Origin: Verrucomicrobiota bacterium
GTDB taxonomy: Bacteria; Verrucomicrobiota; Verrucomicrobiia; Limisphaerales; UBA8199
Reading direction: 5' to 3'
DNA: 63,654 nt
Assembly (NCBI GenBank): GCA_037130375.1
Contig: JBAXTC010000001.1
Location: 1-63,654, forward strand
Below, one piece after another: positions 22,746-31,440 of the stretch; within the stretch, counting starts at the first letter, position 1, and each line of letters begins with the position of its first letter. The position numbers and the translations under genes were made by a program. The notes below the pieces were generated by a model, which made no database searches, had not been told where the DNA came from, and worked only from the letters and a program-made list of their open reading frames with translations.

Positions 22746-25007
22746 TTACTTGGCCAGGCGATAAAACCGGGTTCCAACCACCGGCTGCGTCACAGTAATT
22801 TGGTCGCCCACCACCACAGAACTGGTCGTCACCGGCATCCATTGTGGCGGCACCAGGTTCGTTGTGGACTGCAGACCGTAATCAAGGGCGTTCGTCGCCC
22901 AGGAAAGGCGCACCGTGTTGCCTGCCTGAGAAAGAATCCCCAAAGTCGGCGGCGCCGCGTTGAGAGTCGCCGCGAGCAGATAGACAAGGCTGTTGGTCGC
23001 GCTCGGGTCCGTCGGTTTGACGGGCAAGAGGATGCTCGAAAGCGTTTTCAACGGGTTCAACGTGTAGCGGCGATCTATGAAAGCGAGACCACCGTAATTA
23101 AGCAGCGGCTGGCCGGCGGGGGTGTTCTTCAAATCGCTGAACACCCGGCGATCCGATTGAATATCGATACTGCCGAAGTAGGCCGCCATCCAGAAGATGC
23201 CGGGGCCCCAACCGTCGCTCGGGCTGCCATCTGTCAATCTCACAAAGACCTCCTTGGTCGGGTTGTTGCTCAGCACGGAGGAGAGGTCGATGGTGTAATA
23301 GCCCTTGTTATATTCGTTATGATCGTCAAACCCAAATATCTCCTGAGAATTCAGCACGGCCTGCCAGCCCTCCGTGTCCAAATGGTTCAGGATCGAAATG
23401 CTCACAAAATAGCCGCCATTACCGTCTTCTGGACTGGTGTCCCCGATCCGCACTTGAATGAGCTTTCCCGGGTTGTTGGTCAGATATGCCGAAATATCCA
23501 CGTCGCGGAAAACCACCCCGCCTTGGTTCATTTCGGCTAACTCTGTCTGCCAGTCCCCATTTGTCCCGGAACGCATTTGAACGAGATACTCGTTGCCGAT
23601 CTGGATGTGCGCAAGGGCATTGCTGACCCCAGCCGGAAGAGTAAACTGATAAATCACGTAATTATTGCCGTCCATAAAACGGTTGCCGCCGGAATTGCCG
23701 GTGCAGCACGATAGTTCGACAATGTGATTGCTTTCGGCGGCGGTAAACGGCACAAAACTGTCGTAGGTAATCACCGGGTCACCAGGACCGCGAAGCGACA
23801 CCACGAAGTTATTGGCCAAGTCCAACGTCAACTTGGCGCTGCTCGTATTGGTCGGGAAGGGAAATCTGTAGGTCAAATACCCCGTGCCATCCGCGTAGCG
23901 GTGCCCGCGGTTGTCGGGCCCAGACCCGCTATTGGCATAAAGATAAGGTGTCTCGTTGGTCGTTCCCACGTCAAACATCGCGTACACCCTGGCGCCAGAG
24001 GTGTTCACCACCGGATCCATCCGCTGCGAAAAATTCACGGGGATGCCGTTGTACAGACGGACGTGCTGGATGAACGGGCCCCAGCCATCGTTGGGCGTTG
24101 CATCGGTGAACAGGACGTAGATCTCGCCGGTGCCAGCGGCCAACTGCGACGAGGCGTCAAAGGTGTACTCCTTCAAATTCGACAGGTTGTGCTCCGAGAA
24201 CCCATAAATAGTATATGAGTTGGCAAGCGTGGTCCACCCGTTGGTACGGTACTGGAAGTTCGCGGGGTCATTGTCGGGAGTAAACGATGTCGCCACAGAA
24301 ATCACGAAATCGTTGCCGACCGTGATCCCGAGTGTCGCATGCGCGAGGCTGGTCGAGACGGGAATTCTGTAAACTACGTAGCTGCTTCCGTCCACAAACC
24401 GCCAGGGGTTTGCATTGCCGTTTCCACTGTCCGCAAAGAGAAATTCTGCCTCTTCCTGGCTGAAATCGGTCGGGAAGGACGCGTATGTCGTGACGGCGTT
24501 GTTATCAGTGGCGGTCAGAATCGAGTGGTCGAACATTGTGGGACTGTTGCGCCAGCCGGCCACCGGGCCAAACCGGTTCGTGTCCTTCGAACCATCGGCA
24601 TAGTTGAACACGATTGAGCCAAAGGGCCAGCCCAAGGCATTCGGGGCGTCCAGCAAGGCAAAATCGAGCGAGGCGTACTTGCCGGCCGGCATGCCGATGC
24701 TCTGCCCATTGATGAGGATGCCATCCAGGGTGGACGCCTCCTTCAAATTTCCAAACTTGAAAATCGCGCGCCCGTCCTGGGTGGCTATCGGCATCCCGTC
24801 AGCGTAGCTCAATGGCAGTGTCGTCGAGTCAACGCGGTTTCCGTCAGCGTCCAGACCGCTCCCGAGCCCCGGATCGGCGGGCGATGCCAGAAAAACGTCG
24901 GTGTCGAAGAGAGTGTGCAGGTCGATGTAAGGCGAAGCCGCGAACAGCGATGCGCTCGCCATCAGCGATGACAAGGCCACAATAATGTGTTTAATGTTTC
25001 TTTGCAT
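22746..25007 (-). CDS. Secreted protein with three internal repeat modules and FYRLAK C-terminal domain
   Basis: 753-aa ORF with a signal peptide ('IVALSSLMASASLFAASP'). Repeated 'RFVDGSSYVVYRIPV', 'RYADGTGYLTYRFPF' and 'RFMDGNNYVIYQFTL' modules. Recurring 'DGWGP' motifs. Ends '...GTRFYRLAK'. Confidence 0.7.
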   Translation of the reverse strand: MQRNIKHIIVALSSLMASASLFAASPYIDLHTLFDTDVFLASPADPGLGSGLDADGNRVDSTTLPLSYADGMPIATQDGRAIFKFGNLKEASTLDGILINGQSIGMPAGKYASLDFALLDAPNALGWPFGSIVFNYADGSKDTNRFGPVAGWRNSPTMFDHSILTATDNNAVTTYASFPTDFSQEEAEFLFADSGNGNANPWRFVDGSSYVVYRIPVSTSLAHATLGITVGNDFVISVATSFTPDNDPANFQYRTNGWTTLANSYTIYGFSEHNLSNLKEYTFDASSQLAAGTGEIYVLFTDATPNDGWGPFIQHVRLYNGIPVNFSQRMDPVVNTSGARVYAMFDVGTTNETPYLYANSGSGPDNRGHRYADGTGYLTYRFPFPTNTSSAKLTLDLANNFVVSLRGPGDPVITYDSFVPFTAAESNHIVELSCCTGNSGGNRFMDGNNYVIYQFTLPAGVSNALAHIQIGNEYLVQMRSGTNGDWQTELAEMNQGGVVFRDVDISAYLTNNPGKLIQVRIGDTSPEDGNGGYFVSISILNHLDTEGWQAVLNSQEIFGFDDHNEYNKGYYTIDLSSVLSNNPTKEVFVRLTDGSPSDGWGPGIFWMAAYFGSIDIQSDRRVFSDLKNTPAGQPLLNYGGLAFIDRRYTLNPLKTLSSILLPVKPTDPSATNSLVYLLAATLNAAPPTLGILSQAGNTVRLSWATNALDYGLQSTTNLVPPQWMPVTTSSVVVGDQITVTQPVVGTRFYRLAK

Positions 25008-25125
25008 ATTAGTTCATTTGCCAACTGACAATGTGATTATTGAATTTCATTGAAGATGAGGATTGAGCAAATTCGAGAGAATGTCCACAACTCAGTTGAA
25101 AATCTTTGGAGTGGCGCACGCAATA

Positions 25126-25227
25126 TGACAGGGCGTGGGGCAGGGCTCCGACCTGCCGGTCCACGAAGTCTCCGACACCGTGCGTAGCCAGAGCAAGAGG
25201 TCTGCCCCACGCTGCTCCTCAAAGTGA
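25126..25227 (+). repeat. REP-like ~100-bp element, copy A (left flank of TA cassette)
   Basis: 'tgacagggcgtggggcagggctccgacctgccggtcca...gaggtctgccccacgctgctcctcaaagtga'. Terminal inverted decamers CGTGGGGCAG/CTGCCCCACG. Confidence 0.85.
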
Positions 25228-25420
25228 AAATTGCTGCTCCAAAACGATATTGCGACCAACCTGCGCCACAGAGAGAAATCAAATGGCAAAGGTAAACCAT
25301 TGCACGCCGGTTGGAGTGTCCGTTGCTACAGCCTGAAGGCATTGTGAATAAGTCTTACAACATGCTTATTGCCTTACATTTGTATCTGTGCCATCCTTAT
25401 TTCACAATGACAGAAATAAT

Positions 25421-25669
25421 ATGAACACCGCCTATGTCACCTCCAAGGGCCAGTTGGTCGTCCCCTCGAGCATCCGCCGGCGGTTCGGCATCAAGCCCGG
25501 CACGCGCATCAACTTCGTGGAGGAAGGTGAGCGCATCATCTTCCAGCCCGTTACCCGCGAATACATTGATTCCTTCTGCGGCATCTTCAAGCTGAAGCCC
25601 GGCGAGAAATCCGTCGTGCGGGAACACCTGGAGGAACGCCGGGCCGAGCGTGAAAAGGAGAACAAGTGA
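25421..25669 (+). CDS. AbrB/MazE/SpoVT-family antitoxin
   Basis: 82 aa from ATG 25421: 'MNTAYVTSKGQLVVPSSIRRRFGIKPGTRINFVEEGERIIFQPV', a looped-hinge-helix motif. The stop overlaps the downstream GTG (GTGA). Confidence 0.8.
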   Translation: MNTAYVTSKGQLVVPSSIRRRFGIKPGTRINFVEEGERIIFQPVTREYIDSFCGIFKLKPGEKSVVREHLEERRAEREKENK

Positions 25670-26082
25670 AGCCCACCGTTCTGGACGCCTCCGCGCTGCT
25701 GGCCATGTTCTTTGGCGAACCGGGCATGGAACAAATGCGCGAACTCTTTCACAAGGCATCCGAGGCCGACCAGCCCGTCTTCATCAGCGCTGTCAACTGG
25801 GCCGAAGTCCTTTACCAGATGGAGCGCAAACGCGGCAAGGCCGGTTACGATACCGCGCGCCAGTTTGAACATACGACGCCCCTGGAGGCCGTGCCGGTGG
25901 ACCGCGAACTGGCGGAAGCCGCAGCACTTTTTAAAAACCAACACGGCCTGGGACTGGCCGACGCCTTCGCCGCCGCGCTGGCGAAACATAAAAGAGCCGA
26001 ACTCGTCACCGCCGACACCGAATTCAAGGCGGTCGAGCGCGATGTGAAGGTTTTCTGGTTGACGACGCAGGGGCCGAGGTAG
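25666..26082 (+). CDS. vapC: PIN-domain ribonuclease toxin (VapC-like)
   Basis: 138-aa ORF. 'VLDASALLAMFFGEPG', 'ISAVNWAEVLYQ', 'GLADAFAAALA', 'LVTADTEFK'. The acidic PIN residues are in the canonical order. Confidence 0.85.
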   Translation: MKPTVLDASALLAMFFGEPGMEQMRELFHKASEADQPVFISAVNWAEVLYQMERKRGKAGYDTARQFEHTTPLEAVPVDRELAEAAALFKNQHGLGLADAFAAALAKHKRAELVTADTEFKAVERDVKVFWLTTQGPR

Positions 26083-26142
26083 TTTTCGGGACGGGATTCA
26101 TAATGGACGGTGCTGTTGGCGGAATAGACAGGAAACTCATTT

Positions 26143-26252
26143 TGACAGGGCGTGGGGCAGGTCTCCGACCTGCCGGTCCAAGGAGTCTCCGACTCCGTGC
26201 AGAGCCAGAGGCCCCGACCAGGAGGTCTGCCCCACGCTGCTCCCCAAAGTGA
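26143..26252 (+). repeat. REP-like element, copy B (right flank of TA cassette)
   Basis: Direct-orientation copy of 25126-25227. About 7 mismatches and one 8-nt indel by manual alignment. Confidence 0.85.
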
Positions 26253-26788
26253 GTTTCCTGTTCCGTTTGGACCTGCTCACGGACCATGAATTTCCAAGCT
26301 CATGAAATTGCTGCAACCAAGCCCTTCGCCTTCGCAGTCTCTGCGGTTGAATCAAGTCCCCCTTTACCGCAGAGGCGCCAAGAATGCAGTGGTTCAGGGG
26401 GGTGCTTCGCGAGTCATTGGTAAGATTGATAAGAACGCCTCACCGAGGCGTCCCTGCTACCCAACTTACCAAGGACTCGCATAAGCGCCGAATTGAATTG
26501 CTGTGGGTCCCCAGATGACTCTTGACACTTCCAGGAAGCGGCTCTATGGCTACCGGGTTCGGTCGCAGTGCGGAAATCAACCGGAGATGTCCGGTCGTGA
26601 CTTTGTTGGCCATATCAATCAACCAGAAACGTGAACAGCGAGAGCAATTTTATGAACCGAAATCAAGGTTCTGGGGCCACGGCTTCCGATTGTCGTCGGA
26701 TGGGGTTCCTGCGTCCTGGTCATTCCAACCGTTTCTAATTCAGCGCCCTTAACAACCTTCAAACACCACTAAACAAGCAAAGTAAAAT

Positions 26789-29338
26789 ATGAAAGCGAAT
26801 CCAAATACCGCTATTGATCAATACCTCCTGGGTTCTTCCTGGGCCCGAAGAATAGTCACTCCGCTGGCTGGCCTGGCCGCTGCGGCAGCTCTGTTGTCCA
26901 GCGTTCAGGCGCAAACCCCCAGTCCGGTATTCACTTGGCTGTGGAGTGTCGGTTCCGGCACGAATATTCCCAACGATCTGCCAGCCGCTGGTAATAACGT
27001 CCGGGGTGTAGCCATCAGTCCCCTCACGACGAACGTGCTTTATGGAACCACCACCGGTGGCACGAACAATGGCAACAACCACTTCACCACTCTCGATTTC
27101 ACCAACAACGGCGCCATAATCGGTCAGGCCAATGGCACGGGCGTTTCTGGCGGCACGCTGAACTTGATTCAGGCGCGCGTTTCCGACGACGGTTTCGTCT
27201 ATGCGTGCAACCTTGCCGGCGCGCCGGCCTCTAACTTCAAGATTTACCGATGGCCGTCCGACTCCGACTTTGCAACAGCCGCAACCGTGGTGTATGACTC
27301 GGGGGCCGGCACCTCGTTTCAATGGCGGATTGGCGACTACATGGACTTGCGTGGCAGCGGCATCAACACTGAGATTGTCGGAACTGGCAATGGTTCAGGG
27401 GCAAACATCACCACCAATTTCGTGATCTTCAGACCAACGGACGCCTCGGCAACCACTTTCACGAATTTCTCGATTACCATTCCTGGTGGCGCCAATATCT
27501 GCGGCGGAGGTGTCACCTTTGAAGGCACCAATAACGCGCTGTACGTAAAGGCGGCCAGCGGCAAGCCGGTTTATCGCCTGGCGTATAACCCGACCAACCT
27601 AACCGCGCAGATCACCGCTTCATTCCAAATGGACCAATCCGCCAACAACGGATTGAAATATTATGAGGACAAGGGCGTCAAGTTGATTGCCACGGTCTGC
27701 ACCTCCACAGGCGCGGTCACCAACGGCTTATCGCACTACGCGAAGGTTCTTCAGCTCAGCGACCCATCGAACGCGGTCGTTGTGTTGAACCAGCCTTTGC
27801 CAGTTCCCAACCAAGCCAACGGTAATTCCCTCGGACTGGTTGACTTCAACAAGGGCTACGCCGTGTTCAGCGAGCCGAACAACGGCATCTCGTTGTTCGC
27901 GCTGAGCTTCGTGCTCAATCTCCCGCCCAGCATTACCAGCCAGCCGACGGATGCAACCAATATCCTGGCAACTGGTTATGCCACATTCACAGTCGGCACC
28001 GGCGGCACCGCCCCCTTGAAATATCAGTGGTACTTCACCGATATTAACAACCTGGCTACCAACACGGTAACCTGGGCCGTGTCCACCAATGCCTCCCTAG
28101 CACTGACCAACCTCGTGTTAACCAACGCCGGATTCTACAGCGTTGTCGTCACGAATAACTACGGTTCGAAGACCAGCGTGCTCGCCGCGCTCGGGGTTGT
28201 TCCGAGCACACTGACCACCGCCTTCGTCCCCGCCTGGACCAAGAGTGTGGGCGACCTGTTTTTCCTCCAAAATGATAACACTTGTCGCGGCCTCGCTTAC
28301 AATCCCGTCACCGGCCATCTCATCGCAGTCAGCCGCAACCCAACCAACGGGGTGTATGTTCTGGACGCCGCCACCGGCGCCTACCTCCACTCCCTCGATG
28401 TGTCAGTCGTTACTGCCTCCGGCACGTTCCCGATCAACCTGGTCGGCGTCGCCGATGATGGCGCGGTCTATGTCGCAAATCTCGATATCGTCGGAACCCA
28501 ATACGTGATCTATCGCTGGGCGGATGAGAGCGCCGCAACCGTCGCAACCGTCGCCTATGGGCCTTCCGACCCGGGGCTGGGCGACCGTATTGGAGACACT
28601 TTCGCCGTGCGCGGCGCCGGGACCAGCACCGAAATAATTGCCGCTTCCCGCAATATCGCAACGATTGCCCTGTTCAACACCGCCGATGGTCTGAACTTCA
28701 ATCCGACCATAATCGACACCGCGCCGGAGCCGGCGGGCCTCGCCGGTTTGGGTCTTGCCTGGGGCGCAGGCACCACCTTCTGGACCAAATCCAGCGGCTA
28801 CCAATTCCGGCACATCACCTACGACCTGACCGCCGGCACCAACGGACTCCTCCAAACCTTTGCTGCGGGGCAAATGACGGACATCGCCCTTGGAGTGGAC
28901 CCGGTCAATAATCTGGTTGCCAGTATTGTTCCAAACACCGCGGGCGGCGCCGGCCCGAGACCCTTCCCGAATCACCTGGATCTGTACGATGTCAATGCAG
29001 TCGTGAACGACCCGGCTGGGCTGACCGAACCAACGCTCAGTGACCAGAACTTCTTCCAGACCGCCAATATTAACGGCAACGGCAACGGCGCGGTCGCATT
29101 TGACGTCGCAGGCGGGCGCCTGTTCGCGCTCGACACCAATAACGGCTTGCTGGCCGGCAAGGTTGTGGCCCGTTTGTTCAAAACCAAGTCTGGCGGTGAT
29201 GTCGTGCTGTCCTGGACTGGACCCAGCAAACTGCTATACTCCTCGTTCGTGGGCGGGCCTTATGCCACAAACGCAATTGCAACCAGCCCGTTCACCAATA
29301 CTCCGGCGGGAGCCGAGTTCTTCCGCTTGGCGCGCTAG
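26789..29338 (+). CDS. Large secreted protein: two propeller-like halves flanking an Ig-like domain
   Basis: 849-aa ORF with a signal peptide ('LAGLAAAAALLSSVQAQ'). Central Ig-like 'PPSITSQPTDAT...LKYQWYF...NAGFYSVVVTNNYGSKTS'. The halves share 'VRGVAISPLTTNVLYGTT' / 'CRGLAYNPVTGHLIAVSR'. Ends '...AEFFRLAR'. Confidence 0.7.
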   Translation: MKANPNTAIDQYLLGSSWARRIVTPLAGLAAAAALLSSVQAQTPSPVFTWLWSVGSGTNIPNDLPAAGNNVRGVAISPLTTNVLYGTTTGGTNNGNNHFTTLDFTNNGAIIGQANGTGVSGGTLNLIQARVSDDGFVYACNLAGAPASNFKIYRWPSDSDFATAATVVYDSGAGTSFQWRIGDYMDLRGSGINTEIVGTGNGSGANITTNFVIFRPTDASATTFTNFSITIPGGANICGGGVTFEGTNNALYVKAASGKPVYRLAYNPTNLTAQITASFQMDQSANNGLKYYEDKGVKLIATVCTSTGAVTNGLSHYAKVLQLSDPSNAVVVLNQPLPVPNQANGNSLGLVDFNKGYAVFSEPNNGISLFALSFVLNLPPSITSQPTDATNILATGYATFTVGTGGTAPLKYQWYFTDINNLATNTVTWAVSTNASLALTNLVLTNAGFYSVVVTNNYGSKTSVLAALGVVPSTLTTAFVPAWTKSVGDLFFLQNDNTCRGLAYNPVTGHLIAVSRNPTNGVYVLDAATGAYLHSLDVSVVTASGTFPINLVGVADDGAVYVANLDIVGTQYVIYRWADESAATVATVAYGPSDPGLGDRIGDTFAVRGAGTSTEIIAASRNIATIALFNTADGLNFNPTIIDTAPEPAGLAGLGLAWGAGTTFWTKSSGYQFRHITYDLTAGTNGLLQTFAAGQMTDIALGVDPVNNLVASIVPNTAGGAGPRPFPNHLDLYDVNAVVNDPAGLTEPTLSDQNFFQTANINGNGNGAVAFDVAGGRLFALDTNNGLLAGKVVARLFKTKSGGDVVLSWTGPSKLLYSSFVGGPYATNAIATSPFTNTPAGAEFFRLAR

Positions 29339-29559
29339 AAATTATCGAGAGAGAGCGGGAATCTGCCTCGCGGCTTCCCGGTGCTCCCTCGGGGTAACTG
29401 CCGGAAACGATTGCCGCTTCAACCCGACAAACGGCAGTCCGCCGACAGCCTTGACCGTTTTGACAGGACACTAGATTGAACGTATCTGTAAGAATGATGA
29501 GCCATTTTGGCTTGCGGATCACGAAACGACGGCCGCCCTTCCGCGTGGCAGCGCCGGGA

Positions 29560-30375
29560 ATGTCAGCTTCCCAGCCAGCATTCACCTTGATCGAATTGCT
29601 CGTAGTCATTGCCATCATTGCCATCCTGGCCGCCCTGCTGCTGCCGGCCCTTGGCCGGGCGAAGGAAAAGGCATTCACCACGGCGTGCATCAATAACAAG
29701 AAACAGTTGACCCTCTGTTGGCTCATGTACACCGGCGACAACAATGACCAATTGATTTGCAACTGGACGGACGGCGAACAGTCCGCCCCCAATGCCTGGG
29801 TCGTGGGTGATGCCTGGAAAAGCTCCTATGTCGTCCAGACCAATAACATTCGCAAAGGACTCTTGTTTCCATACAACACCTCGCTCGGAATCTATAAATG
29901 CCCGGCCGATAGAACCCATATCCTCGGCTCCCAATTACCCCGGCTGCGCAGTGTCTCCATCAGCACGGCGATGAATTGGTTTAACAGTGGCCCCACCCCC
30001 AGCCCGGGCATGCAGTCTCAAGCCACATTTTGGAAATCTGGCCAACTCGCCGCCGCCGGCCCGTCCAAGCTTTCCGTGTTTTGGGACGAAAAAGCCGTCG
30101 ATGTCACCGATACCAGCACCGCAAGTCAAAATAGCATCGACAACGGCGCGCTCGGAATCTATCAGGAAAAAGATGGCGCCGGTTACTGGAATGTCCCCGG
30201 CATCCAGCACAGCTACGGCTGCGTGATGTCTTTTGCCGATGGCCGTTCGGAGGCCTGGAAATGGAGGGATTCATACCTTCATACCGCCACCCGCTGGGGA
30301 CCCTGCTCCACGACATCGCCTGACCGCGACGCCCGCCGGGTCGTCCAAACCGTCCCGTACCAGTACTTGCCGTAG
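29560..30375 (+). CDS. Prepilin-type N-terminal methylation domain / DUF1559 H-X9-DG protein
   Basis: 271 aa from ATG 29560. '[32 protein letters not shown]', 'IYKCPAD', '[13 protein letters not shown]' (H-X9-DG). Confidence 0.9.
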   Translation: MSASQPAFTLIELLVVIAIIAILAALLLPALGRAKEKAFTTACINNKKQLTLCWLMYTGDNNDQLICNWTDGEQSAPNAWVVGDAWKSSYVVQTNNIRKGLLFPYNTSLGIYKCPADRTHILGSQLPRLRSVSISTAMNWFNSGPTPSPGMQSQATFWKSGQLAAAGPSKLSVFWDEKAVDVTDTSTASQNSIDNGALGIYQEKDGAGYWNVPGIQHSYGCVMSFADGRSEAWKWRDSYLHTATRWGPCSTTSPDRDARRVVQTVPYQYLP

Positions 30376-30533
30376 CCTGCCCTGCGTCCGCGAAAAAACC
30401 CTCTGCTGCATGAAGAAACTCACGCTCAGCCCCAGCAGCAGCGTGACGTTGGCCCAACCCGCAATGTCCAGCCACAAAGAATTCTTCCGCCCAGACTTGG
30501 TTTTTCGCCGCGCTTACCCCATCTTTACGATTC

Positions 30534-31427
30534 ATGCAGTTTGTTCGCGACATTTATACCGCCCGGCGCGCGGCTGGGCGACCGGTGATTTCCTTCGAGT
30601 TCTTTCCGCCTAAGACGGACGAGGGTGATCGTAACCTGTTCGAGAAAACCATTCCCGCCTTGCTGCAAACCCGGCCGGATTATTGCTCGGTCACGTACGG
30701 CGCCGGCGGCAGCACCCGCGACAAGACCTTGATGATCGTGGACCGCATCCAGCGCCAGCATGGCCTGACTGCGGTGGCCCACTTGACCTGTGTTTGCGCG
30801 ACAAAAGAGCAGATCCGCGAGCTGCTCGGCAAGATTCGCGCCCTCGGTGTCCAGAATGTCCTGGCGCTGCGCGGCGACCCGCCCGCCGGCGGCGAATTCC
30901 AAACCACCCCCGGCGGATTTGAATACTCCAGCCAGTTGGTCCGCTTCATTCGCGAGCAAGGCGATTTCTGCATCGGCGTCGCCGGCTTCCCCGAAGGCCA
31001 CATCGCCTGCAAAGAGGGCAAATACGCCGATTGGCAGCATCTGAAGGAAAAAGTCGATGCCGGCGCGGACCTCGTCCTCACGCAACTGTTCTTCGACACC
31101 GCTGACTTTTGCGAATTCCGCGATCACATTACACGCAAGCTGGGGGTCAGTGTCCCGATCGTGCCGGGCATCGTCTCCATCCTGAGCGCCATGCAAATCA
31201 AACGCTTCACCGCCATCTGCGGCGCGCGCATCCCCGCACCGCTGGCCGCCCGGCTTGAGGCTTTGGGCGGCGATGACGCCGCGGTCGCTGAGTTCGGCAT
31301 CGAATACGCCAGCAAACAATGCGAAGAACTGCTGCGCGCCGGCGCCCCGGGCATTCATTTCTACACGCTCAACAAGGCGCAGGCCACCGTCCGCATCTTG
31401 AGGAACCTGGGACTGGCACTCGACTGA
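30534..31427 (+). CDS. metF: 5,10-methylenetetrahydrofolate reductase
   Basis: 297-aa ORF. 'ISFEFFPPKT', 'CSVTYGAGGSTR', 'AHLTCV', 'NVLALRGDPP', 'GIHFYTLN'. Confidence 0.9.
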   Translation: MQFVRDIYTARRAAGRPVISFEFFPPKTDEGDRNLFEKTIPALLQTRPDYCSVTYGAGGSTRDKTLMIVDRIQRQHGLTAVAHLTCVCATKEQIRELLGKIRALGVQNVLALRGDPPAGGEFQTTPGGFEYSSQLVRFIREQGDFCIGVAGFPEGHIACKEGKYADWQHLKEKVDAGADLVLTQLFFDTADFCEFRDHITRKLGVSVPIVPGIVSILSAMQIKRFTAICGARIPAPLAARLEALGGDDAAVAEFGIEYASKQCEELLRAGAPGIHFYTLNKAQATVRILRNLGLALD

Positions 31428-31440
31428 ACTCGGATTCCGC

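Noticed and set aside
26253-26788. tRNA, tmRNA, RNase P or SRP RNA in the long spacer
   Set aside because: No cloverleaf with a T-loop GTTCRANNC was found, and no recognisable conserved cores of these RNAs. The spacer is kept only as an unexplained non-coding region.
21751-30375. Prophage or integrative element carrying the TA module
   Set aside because: There are no integrase, transposase, phage structural or conjugation genes, and no tRNA attachment site. The flanking genes are typical lineage-specific secreted and pilin-like genes.
30376-30533. SAM/SAH-type riboswitch upstream of metF
   Set aside because: I could not identify the conserved cores or pseudoknot pairings of the SAM-II, SAM-V or SAH classes by eye. 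A covariance-model scan would be needed to say more.
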